64,000 nt of DNA from NCBI GenBank assembly GCA_020184695.1, contig JAANOX010000136.1, forward strand, positions 209,611 through 273,610, read 5' to 3'. Of this stretch, positions 47,493 through 59,970 are shown piece after piece; position 1 is the first letter of the stretch; each line of letters begins with the position of its first letter. A model generated the notes under the pieces. It saw nothing but the letters and a program-made list of their open reading frames with translations. It had not been told where the DNA came from and made no database searches. The translations under genes and the position numbers were made by a program. Origin of the DNA: Histomonas meleagridis 2922-C6/04-290x. Taxonomy: Eukaryota > Protista > Parabasalia.

Positions 47493-48070
47493 TTAAAAAA
47501 AAATTCACAATGACGTTTCCAAGAAACTCAACTTTGAATTTTTTCAAATTTTTAACATTAATTCCTTCTTTATCTAAAAGTAATTTTACTATTTCTATAT
47601 TATTATTTCTAACTGCTATATGAAGTGCTGTTTCAAAATATTAAAACATATTCCAAATTATTAAAGCATATTCAAAATTATTCAAATGAATATCTTTTGC
47701 ATTAACATCAATTCCTTCTTTATCTAAAAGTATTTTTACTATTTCTATATTATTATGTTCAACTGCTATATGAAGTGCTATTCCAAATTATTATAACATA
47801 TTCTAAATTATTAAAACATATATCAAGTTATTAAAACATATTCTAAATTATTAAAACATATTCTAAATTATTAAAACATATTACAAATTATTAAAACATA
47901 TCATAAATTATTAAAACATATAAAAAATTATTAAAACATATTCTAAATTATTAAAACATATTTCAAATTATTCAAATGAATATTTTTTACATTAACATCA
48001 ATTCCTTTATCTAAAAGTAATTTTACTATTTCTATATTATTATTTCTAAATTATTAAAACATATTACATA
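47493..48070 (-). pseudogene. Orphan ankyrin fragments (TALHIAV type) with minisatellite-expanded spacers
   Basis: Units [T/I]ALHIAV.NNNIEIVK.LLDKEGI begin at 47781 and 47631, with an upstream truncated unit. Spacers contain in-frame stops. Confidence 0.7.
47783..47975. repeat. 20-bp minisatellite (AAATTATTAAAACATATTCT) x about 9
   Basis: Directly visible tandem array. The unit contains the TTTTAATAATTT (minus-strand) motif of the ankyrin spacer. Confidence 0.85.
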
Positions 48071-48342
48071 ATCGTTTTCAACAGACCGTCGAACACAAAT
48101 CGAAGCCTTCATTTCAATAAAATTTTTGAAGCAACTCTCACTCTATTTTTATTCTTAGTATTACAAATATAGAAAAATTTTCTCATAAAACATTGGGCTG
48201 ACTCTTTTAAAATGAAAATATCTCATTTTATAATCATTTAATATTCTTTAATATAGATTATTTGGAATGAAATTACAATGTATAATATTATATTTTATTT
48301 GTGGCTTACATGAACACATAATTTGTAAATATAATTTTTTTT

Positions 48343-49873
48343 TTAATGATTTTTTATTTCATTTCTCTATCATAGATAAAATAGCTTACTTTTTATATGC
48401 TGAAAGAAGTTTAGCTATATCAGTTCTAACATCAAAAGGTGCCCAAATAAGTGCTGTTCTAAATAATTTAAATAATTTCCAAATATTATTTAGAAATATA
48501 AAATTATTAAAATAAATATTAAATAAAACAAATAAATATCTTTAGCATCAATATCAATTCCTTCTTGTTCAAGAAGTAATTTAAATATTTCTATACTACC
48601 ATTAGAAGATGCTGACATAAGTGCTGTTTTAAATATTTTTAATAATTACCATTTATGATTTTATAACAAAAAATTATTAAAACGAATTATAAACAAAGTA
48701 AATCAACATTTTGCGCATTAATATCAATTCCTTTTTGTTTAAGAAGATATTTAACAAGTTCAATATTTTTTGATTCTGCTGCGTATACCAAAATATCATC
48801 TGGTATTTTGTTTGCTTTAATAAAATGTTTTACTAAATAGAAATTCCCAAGGTTTGCAAGCAGATCAAGAATTCTATCATTAATTTTTACTCCTTTTTCT
48901 TGTAAAAAGGCAAAAATTTCGTTATTCCCATTCATAATACTTAAAATAACCAAAATGTTTCTGTCTAGAACTTCAACAATTTCATTTTCATAAAGATATT
49001 TAAAGACATCATTTTTATATAAAATAATCGCTGTTTCATATGCATCAATAAATGATGAGTGATTTTGTTCACATAAATGAATGATTTCTTCATTTCCACC
49101 TGCAACTGCATATTTACCTGTATTTTCGATATTTGCATTGTTCATAAGTAAATATTTAAAACATTTAACAGAAGAAAAAAATGCTGCATAATCAATTAAT
49201 GTAACATTTTTTTGATTAACAAATGAACATCTTTCATAAAGTGATGGTTCAATTGTTTGATTAAAATCAAAATTTGTTTGTGATGATATTTCTTGAAGTT
49301 TTTCGATTTCATCATTTCTTATTATTTTTGCAATTTCACTTGGGTTATGTCCTTCTTTTATATATTTCTTATGAAGTTCCCAATCATTCTTTGATAGTTC
49401 TTGAAAATTATCAAAAATTTCCTTAAATTCGTCTCTGTTTTTGTAATTTTGTATTTCTGATTTAGACATATATTGAAAAAGATATGGATTTTCTTTTAGA
49501 ATTTTTGGATCACCTAATTTTTCTTCATAAATTCTCATTAATGGATAATACATTGTATTATCATCGATGGAAATAAGTACTGTTGGAAAAACATCTAAAA
49601 TTTTGGAACTGATATTATTTTTTTCTTGAAATGATTCAATTTCTTTCATAAAATTCAAATATACATCAAAATCAATTGACGTTGCACAAAGAATGAAATC
49701 ATATAGGAAATAACTTGGTTAAAAGAAAATGGATGTTTATAATCAAATATTTCAATAATTGAATTTGTTGATTTAGAAATGTTTTCTTTATTTAAACCAG
49801 TAATTGTTTGATGGATTGTTTGCATAATTTCCATATCATTTAGTTTTGGCGCTTGATTGTTTGCTGATTCCAT
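48343..49873 (-). CDS. DUF3447 + ankyrin-array gene (locus C) with 2 intervening sequences; one frameshift near 49675
   Basis: ORFs 49655..49873 and 48687..49658 join by a 1-nt shift (..VQR / SIDFDVYLNFMKE). Codon 30 at 48710 and T codons at 48627 (83 nt) and 48457 (170 nt). Stop at 48343-48345. Confidence 0.75.
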
Positions 49874-50754
49874 TTGCCTTGTATTTCGGTTTTGCCAAAG
49901 AACAGAAATTTGTCAAATGACAATATGCGTGGAAACCGTTCATCTTGACTAATGCGAATTATTTAAAAATTGGCATCAAGAAAACTTAACTTAAGGCATC
50001 TCGAATAACTATGTTTTCACTAGCTGTGGTGGTAGCTAGACTTTTAAGGTTGACAATAAACCCATCAAGGGAAGAGAGATTTTTTCTTGTAATGTTTCGG
50101 CATCCTGGCGTTTTTCTTTAGATAATTTTTTTTTTGAAGACAATTAAAATTTGGTTACACTTATTTAATAATATGTTATTTAAATAATTTAAATTCTAAT
50201 GGAAAAATAGCATTTATTATTATTATTTTTTCAAAAGTAATTATAGATCAATTAACAGGAAAATCATTGTGTATATATTTGTAATGGGAAAGAAATCATT
50301 AAATCAAAATAATTAGAACACATTTGATATATATTCTTATAAAGTTAAAGGGGAATGATTCTTAGGGAATATTCAAAATATCTAATTTATAAAAAATGAA
50401 TTACTATTAAATAATAAGTATAAAAATTAATAAATAAAAGAAAATTTTATTTTAATAAAAGAATAAAGTAAAAAGAAAAAAATTACGAGTAGAAAAAAGA
50501 AATAAAAAATTAATAAAAAAGGGAATCATATTAGTATATGTTGCTGACATGATATAGGAAAAAACATGTATCGGTATGATTACGATGTGGTAAACTTCCA
50601 TTAGAATTGATTTGATTTATTGTGGCATTACATCAACAAATATGGAAAATTAAAGCAATGTGAATCGAAATAATAAAAAATATAATATTTGAAAAAATAA
50701 AGTTACAAGCAAATCAAATGTTTGGATTTGAAGCAATTTTTTTTTAATAATATC

Positions 50755-51904
50755 ATGGGTTTCTTTTCAGTAGATTTAAGAAATGCAATATTTATTGGAT
50801 TCGGATCATTTATTTTAGGTCAAGGAATTTCTTATTATTCTGTAATTCGAGCTGATTTTAACAACAAATTAGAATTACCTGATTCTTATTCAATATACTT
50901 TAATGTTATTTTTCATTTTTCTGCGATTTTTAGTGGAATAGTTATTTTCTTTTTAGTGCCTTTGCTTGGTAGGAAAAAAATGATTTTTGTAACAAGTATT
51001 CTATCATCAATTTTATATATTTTTATAGCTGCATGTACACCAAACATTATTCCACTTGCATTTGTTGGGAGAGCACTTTCAGGTCTTTGTGCTGGGATTT
51101 TATCAGGATTATGTTTTATGTATATAATTGATTTTTCGCCAACAAAGCATATAGTATCTTATGGAGCCATTGGCCAATTAATGATATCGAATGGCATTTT
51201 ATATGTAAGTATAGTTGCTGCATTTTGGGAGTGGAAAGTTTATACATCGTTTTGTTTTTTACCACAACTTATTTTATGTTTAGTTATACATTTTGTTCCA
51301 GAAGTTCCAAAAAATGAAAATTACGAAAAAAGCACAATTAAAAACATGTTTCAAAAGAAATATTTTAAACTTCTTTTTCAATCTTTCATGTTAATGCTTT
51401 TTCAACAACTATCGGGAATAGATCCTTACATGTATGGAATCATTAATAAATAAAGAAGCAGATGATATAACAATGGAATGGAATGTTTCTTCATTGATCT
51501 TTGCATTTGGCCAAACATTTTCAATAACTCAATCAATATGTTTAATTGTTTTAACTTTCTATATGAAAAGTGATAAAGTAACAATAACAACTTTAGTTGC
51601 TTATTTTTGTTGTATATTTTTTTATGGTTTAGGAATGGGTGCAATCCCTTGGATGTATCCAGCAGAGATATTTCCTGACTCTCTTAGGTTGTTTGCTATA
51701 TCAATTGTAACAACTTTTAAATGGGTGATTTCTTCAATACTTATTTATGTATGGGGAATTTACCAAGATAAAATTTCACGTTGGACATTTTTAGCTTTTG
51801 CTTCAAGCCTTTTGGCTTCAGGTATATTCGGATTGTTCTTTATGAGGGAAACAAAAGGAACAGAATTAGGTGAAATAGCTTTTAATGAAGATTTATCAAA
51901 TTGA
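50755..51904 (+). pseudogene. MFS sugar transporter (Sugar_tr family), split or disrupted
   Basis: LGRKKMI, VGRALSGLCAG, FQQLSGID, GLGMGAIPWMYPAEIFP and MRETKG are sugar-porter motifs. The two ORFs are out of frame at about 51440 and part of TM8 appears missing. Confidence 0.8.
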
Positions 51905-52439
51905 AAAATTCAGAATGTGTGACTAAACTTTATGATTATATTAATCTGAATGTTTATGATTTTTATTGATTTTTAAACATTATCAATATGCTTAATATCA
52001 AATTACTTTAAGTTTTTGGATTTTTGTAAAAATTAATTAACTTTATCATACCTTTACAATGACAACATGTTAAAATTTGGATGCATTAACTCTAAATAAG
52101 GCAATTAGATGAATTAATTTCAAATGCATGTGAAATTGTCATCAGAAATATAGGCTTTTAACTGAACTAGATTTTAAAACTAATCTGAAAATAAGATCAG
52201 AAATAATTCAACTTCAACTCAATTAAGAAATTTTATCTCTACTAAGCTGTTGGTTCTTTAAATCAGTGAAACAAATTTTTTAAGTTATCCTTTAGATCAT
52301 CAGCAAATTTTTTGGTAGAAATGGACTTAAATCATGAAAGTTATCATGTATTCTTTATAAGTCTTAATCTCCTAAGAAGACATAATAATTAAAATATTAT
52401 CAAACATATAAATATTTAATTTGTTTAAAATATAATGAA

Positions 52440-52620
52440 AAATATTTGAATATCATTTATTTTTTGGATATCTTTAGAATCAACATCAATTCCTTTTTGT
52501 TGAAGAAGTAATTCAATTACTTCAAAATGGTCATTTTGAGCTGCATACATAAGTGCTTTATAATAAATTTTAAATAATTTCCAAATTTTATTTTAAAATC
52601 TCAAATTAAGAAAACAAATT
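52440..52620 (-). pseudogene. Single ankyrin unit with upstream spacer (remnant)
   Basis: The minus strand gives spacer TTTTAAAATAAAATTTGGAAATTATTTAAA followed by KALMYAAQNDHFEVIELLLQQKGIDVDSKDI. Confidence 0.65.
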
Positions 52621-52981
52621 CCAAATACAATTTTTAAACATTTTTTAGATAAATATCATCTACTTTATGTTCAAGCGAAAGTCAAATATTTCAAAATTGA
52701 TGAATTTATTGGAAAAAACAATTCGATAAATTCAATCGAATTTTTCATTTCTTCGTTTTATTCTCATGAATATAATAATGAAAGATATCAAAAAAATATC
52801 ATAATAAAGGCATCTTGAACAAAATTCCATAAGAATTTAATTATCAAATTTAGATTTTGAATAATGCACATGCATTGTTTGACTTTAACTACAATGACTA
52901 AATATTACATCTTATATGCTATAAACAATGAAAACGTTCTAATGTGACTTCATTCTGAAAACCAAAAAGTTATACCAAAAA

Positions 52982-53713
52982 ATGTTCGAAATCTTCATTA
53001 TCTCTGCTGAAGGTTTCACAAATTCTTCGACACAAAAGCCCCCAAGCCCATATGTCAAAGCTTATTCGTACACATCAGGTGTACGTTTTTTTTATAAAAC
53101 AGATCATGTTAAAAAACATCAAATCCAGTCTGGGATGAAAAACTTAAGGAACCGATTGTTTTTTTTATTCTGAAGGCTTGACATCAGAAATTTATGATCA
53201 TTATGTTTTTCAAAAGGATAAATTGATAGGAACTGTTAAATGGTACCATTAACCTCAGAGAACCATAATACAAAAGTAAACCTCCCTGTTGAATGCGAAA
53301 AAGATTCTTCTATGATGGAAGAAGAACTTATTAATCCGAGTATAACGATTCAATATTATTTACCAAATACAAATTTTACAATCAGTCCAAAACCAAAGCC
53401 TCATACATCCTATCACCTATTCTTTACATACCCAGAACCATATTTCCCTAATCCTAATGAATTTAAAATATTTACACGTGAATATAACGAAAAAAAAGAT
53501 TTTATCAAATGTATTCCGCTTAACACCGAACTTGAATCAATTCCATATTACCAAAATTCGGAAGGTCTTTGTTATGGTCCGAATGGATTAACACCATTTT
53601 TCCGCTTCCAGACAACTTATATTTCATCCAAATCCATCATTGTTCTTTTCATTACTTCTTCCACGTATTCTGGTGACATCACACTTAATGTTCTTTACAT
53701 TCCACTAAATTGA
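52982..53713 (+). pseudogene. C2-domain protein pseudogene
   Basis: Joining frames gives FEIFIISAEG...PSPYVK...KTSNPVWDE...YDHYVFSK..LIGTV, typical C2 motifs. Several frameshifts and stops lie between 53115 and 53225. Confidence 0.6.
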
Positions 53714-54360
53714 ATAGAAAACGATTATTCGAGAAATTCATAAACGGCCTCCCGGGAATTTTTTTTCAAGAAATCTCGTGGTTGAATGGAATACTTACGA
53801 TTAAAAATAAACAATATTTCTACCTAATGATATACTTTTTATTTTTTGAAATATTAAGATTTTTGATAAAATATGTCAGATAATTAAATTTTATATTAAA
53901 ATGAGATGAAAAAATCGTTCTATTACATTTTTACAAATTTGTCTTATATGGTCCTGTAAAAGAAGAAATTGAAGAAGAAGAAGAAGAAAAGGAAGAAAAT
54001 TAAGAATAATGAATAAATCATCATATAAGCAAAATTATTTTTTGAAATTAATATGCTAAATTCTATTTAATAATGTGGTAATATATTTTCTAAAATAAAT
54101 TTAGAATCCAAGAAAATAAGAGAGAAAAAACAAACTCAAGATGCATTGAAAAAACACATCAAAAAAGTAGAGTTGATATATTTATAAAAAATTTAGTGTA
54201 ATTGAATAAATAAATAATAATTAAAGAAAATTATAAGCAAAGAGTAGTAATTTATCTTACTTTAAATTTAATTTTTGCCTTCAGCAAAAATCAAATCCCA
54301 GGTTAAAAATAGAAAGTTAATCTTCAATTAACTCATATAGTTAAAGAACAAAGGGGTTAT

Positions 54361-56335
54361 AGTCAAATTTGAATAGTATAACGAATAAAAATCACACAAT
54401 TATCTTATATCGTTTCCGATAACGAAATCGTCGATGAGGGGATATTGATTTATTTTAATAGAATATGTAGAATCGATTATCATATATTATTAACTACATA
54501 CAATTTCGGTTGCCATATATAAATTGTTGATTATAATATATTTGGAATCTGAATTAAAAACATTAATCAAAAAAAAACAAAAAAAGAAGAAATTAATTTT
54601 ACAAAATTTGAAATGAATAGTATTAAATGATATTTTAATTATGGGTTTTCTGCTATCGGCAAAAAACAAATCCTAGGTCAAAAATCAAAGTAAATTTACT
54701 ATGATCACTTGATCATTGTAATTAATGAATTACATCGTTATCGGTTAACGATCTATTCGTAGTCAAATTTGAATTAAAGAACGAACAAAAATCATTCAAT
54801 CAGTTGAAGGAAAAAAATACGATGAGATAAAGATTTTGTTATGTGACATAAGTATCGGGAGCAGATGAATACACAGGATGACTGATAATTTATCAATTTA
54901 TTATAAATTATCATGCGAAGGGGAAAAAAGTACCGTTGAAATAATTCAATAATGAAAAAACTGTTATTTAATTTATAAAAGTTATCGTTAGAAAGTGTTG
55001 TATCGTTTGGTCAACCAATTTATGGCCGAATGTGCATTCACATATCGAAAATAACTTATATACGACAATTACATGAATATGTCATCGAAATATTTGAAAT
55101 TTTTTGAGCTTATTAATATATTCGATAGATCTGAAGAGAATTTAATATCAAGATTTTATAATAATCAAATAAAATATGTAATATTTCATCATTTCCCAAA
55201 TAATTTCTGAATTTCTTATTACTTAATAGATCAAGATATTATTCTTAGTTTTTTATTAATCATAGATGCAACTATGTATTTATATTTTATATATCCATAA
55301 TATCAAGATCGTAGGATGATCTTTATATACGATCATAATCCGATATTAAGTTATCGATATCATTTTACATGTTCAAGCGGTTCGAAGTCAAATTTGAATG
55401 GGTGGACGAATAAAAATAACACAATCAGCTTGTATCGTTCTCAAAGACAATTTTAAAATAAAGCTCGCTCAGAAAACCGTGGTATTAAATCATTTTCGGA
55501 AAAATAGAGAAATCAACATCATTACATAGAATGTACAAAACAATTGAGAATTGTAATACATATAAAATCTGAAAGCACATGAGTAATAAGAGATAAAAGG
55601 AATCGATAAATGTATCTCAAGTCAGTATTTTAAAGATAATTTGCAAATTGCATTTGTATAGATATTTATTCAATGTAATTGAAGATTTTGCTAAAATACG
55701 AGAATTTAAAAATTGAAAAAAAAAAATACATCAAATGAATACAATGATCAAAAATCGTTTTTTCTATAAAAAATGTATCGTTTGTCCCAGAAATATGTAC
55801 TTACACAGAAACTATTTTATTGATTATAAATTATTAATCAGGCTAAATAAGTACATCATTAAGGTATTACAAAAATTATCACATCATTCATTATTTCAAT
55901 AAATTCATAAATTCAAGAAAATCAAGATTTCATATAATTATTCGGAATAGATGACAAATCACGATTCTATGATAAAATATCAATATTTTTATTTTTTAAC
56001 AAACCAAGAATCATTTAATTTGGCTGTTGACAAATTACAATGATGTAGATAAATAAATAACGTATCTTTTCGAGGGAAAAGTAAAATTTTGATAATATTT
56101 TTATTATTTTATACCATCATTCAAATTCGCTCCTATCGTCACTTATCGTTGCTGCTATCGTTCAATATAAACTATGCAAAAGTCGATTTCTGTCACTTTT
56201 TGGAATGAAAGAATAAATTTATCTCGTGCTAATCATAATATAATTCTTAGATTTATATTAATCATAGATGCAACCATGTATATATATTATATATTTATGA
56301 TATCAAGATCGTAGGATGATCGCTATATACGATGG
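54361..56335. repeat. Dispersed degenerate direct repeats in a gene-free 3-kb interval
   Basis: AGTCAAATTTGAAT-N6-ACGAA(T/C)AAAAAT... occurs at 54361, 54761 and 55386. A ~90-bp segment (ATTCTTAG..AATCATAGATGCAAC..TCAAGATCGTAGGATGATC..TATACGAT) occurs at about 55240 and 56245. Confidence 0.6.
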
Positions 56336-57073
56336 GTGGAAATCGCAAGTCGAGTTAAGTCTAGTCTAATTGTAAATAAGAATTCGTCAAAACATTCGAC
56401 AAAGTTAACACAAAGAAGAAGGCGAAATAATTAATGATAAAACATAATGAAAGAATAGGAATTAACTTTTATGTGTTTTTGAGAGTTACTCTTGTGGTGT
56501 TATATGAACATAACAATAAAAATTTAAACCATTTTGTTTATACAAAAAATGCTGCACATCACAAACTCGTGAACCCTAGATATTAGTTTATGAATTTCAT
56601 CCTTTGAAAGTAAGCATTGGTGGCAAAAGTTATGAAAGTTATACCTCTAAAAAACTCATGAAATATCCAAATTAGAATGGTTCAGCCATGATTGAAATCT
56701 TCCGGCTTTTGTTTAATATCCGATCAATTTATATTCAATAATAAAAATATTAATATCTTTAATAAAAAAATTGATCAAAAGCAATTTAAAATAAAATGTG
56801 CTGAAGAATGTTTATTATGATATAAAAAAATGAAATAAATTTTTCAACTTTTTTTATGTGTCAGGTGTTTTTCTTCCGAATTGAAAAGTATTGTGATCGT
56901 TTATCGAACAGTCATAGAACCAATGATTGGAAAATTATCATTTAATTTACGGGAATAAAACCTGAAAACTATTGTAATTATATCTCACTTATTAATATTG
57001 AAACTTTATTGTTCTCTGAGATTTAAATTTAAAAAAAAAAAATCGTAGATAAAAAAGTGTCATTAAGTAAGAA

Positions 57074-59970
57074 ATGAATAATAATTCTTCAACTACAAAT
57101 AATATAAAAAGAGATAATATTCATATTGAAAGTCACACCATTAGTCTCGAAGAACTTATTTCTCTCAAAAAATTGATATTTAATTTAACAGAAGAGAATC
57201 TTGTTTTTTCAACTCAACAAACAATGAAATTATTTGATTTAACTTTTCCACATTCATTTAATTTTATTATAAGTAATTTAGTTTACTTTGCATTTTATTC
57301 ACAACATAAAGAAAGTTCAATTTATGTTAAATATTTACAATCAATTTAAAAAGAAGAAGAAATATATAAAAACATTCCAAAAATCATTGAATTTTTTTAT
57401 AAATATATTTCTGAAATTAAATCACAAGAAGCATATTATTTAATTGATAAAATGATTGAATACAATTTAATCCATAAAGATATTATTAAAAACATTAAAT
57501 CAAAATATTTTGCACATTACAGAGCGAAAAAAGAAAACAAAAAACGAAAAAAACTTCATGATAAATTTTATAATTATTATATTGATAATTATAAAAAACT
57601 TTCGAAGAATGATTTTGAACTTCATAAGCAATTAGTTAAAGAAGGGCATAACCCAGATGAAATTGCGAAAATAATTCGAAATGATGAAATAGAAAAACTT
57701 CAAGAAATATCATCACAAACAAACTTTAATTTTAATCAAACAATTGAACCATCACTTTATGAAAGATGTGATTTTATTAATGGAGAAAATGTTTCACTAA
57801 TTGATTATGCAGCATTTTTTGTATCAATTAAGTGTTTTAAATATTTACTTATGAATGGTGCTAATATAGATAACACAGGTAAATATTCAGTTGCAGGGGG
57901 AAATGAAGAAATCATTCATTTATGTGAACAAAATCATTCATCATTTGAAGATACATATGAAACAGCAATTGAATTTCATCGAAATGATATCTTTAAATAT
58001 CTTTATGAAAATAAAATAGAAGAAAAATCAGATAATGATTTGATGGTTTATTGTATTCACAGTGGAAATTATGAAGTTCTTTCATTTTTAGAAGAAAAAG
58101 GAATGATAATTAATGATAATATCATTAATGAAACAGCAAAGATTGGAAACTTATATATTATTAAACATTTTGTCAAAAATACGAAAATTCCAAAAAATAT
58201 CTTAATTTTTGGTGTAGAATCAGGTAATGTTGAACTGGTTAAATATATTCTCGAACAAAATGGAATTGATATTAATGCTAAAGATATTTATTTGTTTTAT
58301 TTGATATTTATTTTAATCATTTTATATTTCAAGATAATATTTGGAAATTATTTAAATTTTTTTGGACAGCACTCGTGAAAGCATCTTTTAATCGTCATAT
58401 AGAAATAGTTAAATTACTTCTTGAACAAAAAGGAATTGATATTAATTCTCAAAATATTAATTTGTTTAATTTATTATTTAGTTTAATGATATAATATTCC
58501 AAAATAACAATTGGAAATTGTTAAATATCATTAAAACAGCACTTATGTATGCAACTATATTTGGGGAAATAGAAATAGTTAAATTACTTCTTGAAAAAGA
58601 AGGAATTACTTTTAATGACACTGATATTTATTTATTAAATCTTACGTTCATTACATTATTTTAGAATTTAATTTTCATATAAGGAAATTATTCGAAATAC
58701 TTAGAACGGCATTTATTTTCTCTTCTTTTTATGGTAACTTAGAAATTTTTAAGTTATTTCTTACGCAAAAAGATATTAAGTTAAATGTTAAAGATGTCCA
58801 TTTGTTTTGTTTGAAATTCATATTCATAATTTATTATTTCAAAATAATATTTGGAAATTATTTAAATTATTTAGAACAGCACTTATTAGAGCATCTGAAA
58901 ATGGTCATATAGAAATAGTTAAATTACTTCTTGAACAAGAAGGAATTGATATTAATACTAAAAATATTTATTTATTTTATTTAAAATTTATTTTAATAAT
59001 TTTGGATTTCAAAATAATGTTTGAAAATTATTTAAATTATTTTTTACAGCATTTATGTATGCATCTTCAAATGGTTATACAGAAATAGTTAAATTACTTC
59101 TTGAGCAAGAAGGAATTGATATTAATACTAAAAATATTTATTTGTTTTATTTAATATTTATTTTAATAATTTTGGATTTCAAAATAATGTTTGAAAATTA
59201 TTTAAATTATTTTTTACAGCACTTATGTATGCATCTCAATTTGGTAATAAAGAGGTAGTTAAATTACTTCTTGAACAAGAAGGAATTGATATTAATGCTA
59301 AAAATAATTATTTGTTTTATTTCAAATTTATTTTAATAATTTGATATTTCAAAATAATATTTGGAAATTATTTAAATTATTTGAAACAGCACTTATGTTA
59401 GCATCTCAAAATGGTCATACAGAAATCGTTAAATTGCTTCTAGATCAAAAAGATATTGATATTAATACTAAAAATATTTATTTGTTTTGTTTAAAATTTA
59501 TTTTAAAAATTTTATATTTCAAGATAATATTTGGAAATTATTTAAATTTTTTTGGACAGCACTCGTGAAAGCATCTTTTAATCGTCATACAGAAATAGTT
59601 AAATTACTTCTTGAACAAGAAGGAATTGATATTAATGCTAAAGATATTTATATACTTTATTTAAAATATATTTTTATAATTTTTTATTTCAATAATATAT
59701 TTGGAAATTATTTAAATTATTTGATACAGCACTTATTAGAGCATCTTGGAATGGTCATACAGAAATAGTTAAATTACTTCTTGAACAAGAAGGAATTGAT
59801 ATTAATACTAAAATTATTTATTTGTTTTATTTCAAATTTGTTTTAATAATTTTATATTTCAAAATAATATTTGAAAATTATTTAAATTATTTCAAACAGC
59901 AATTATTTTAGCATCTTTAAATGGTTATACAGAAATAGTTAAATTACTAAATGAAAAAGGGAATAATTAA
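57074..59970 (+). CDS. DUF3447 + ankyrin-array gene (locus D) with 10 intervening sequences; single in-frame TAA at 57347-57349
   Basis: ORFs 57074..57349 and 57452..58378 share a frame. Ankyrin T codons at 58366, 58536, 58706, 58876, 59046, 59216, 59386, 59556, 59726 and 59896 (all 170 nt apart). Terminal TAA at 59968-59970. Confidence 0.8.
58283..59970 (+). repeat. 170-bp tandem array: ankyrin-coding segment + intervening sequence, 10 units
   Basis: Exact 170-nt period counted from the ACAGC/ACGGC positions. Confidence 0.95.

Noticed and set aside
57347-57349. Stop-codon reassignment (TAA/TAG = Gln or TGA = Trp) explaining in-frame stops in family genes
   Set aside because: Conserved genes terminate at expected C-termini with TAA (HECT 7598-7600), TAG (Rab after CCS) and TGA (WD40). 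In-frame stops are confined to multigene-family copies that also carry frameshifts.
58366-59896. CRISPR-like repeat-spacer array
   Set aside because: Both parts of the 170-bp unit are homologous between units (no unique spacers), the conserved part is protein-coding, the context is eukaryotic and there are no cas genes.
58283-59970. Single programmed -1 ribosomal frameshift per ankyrin unit (both frames are open across many spacers, and T_TTA_AAA occurs in some)
   Set aside because: Frame 0 is closed by -44 in some copies (TAA 58492, TAG 58662), while the -1 frame is closed at -24 in others (TGA 59022). No common shift window exists, and no slippery heptamer is conserved.
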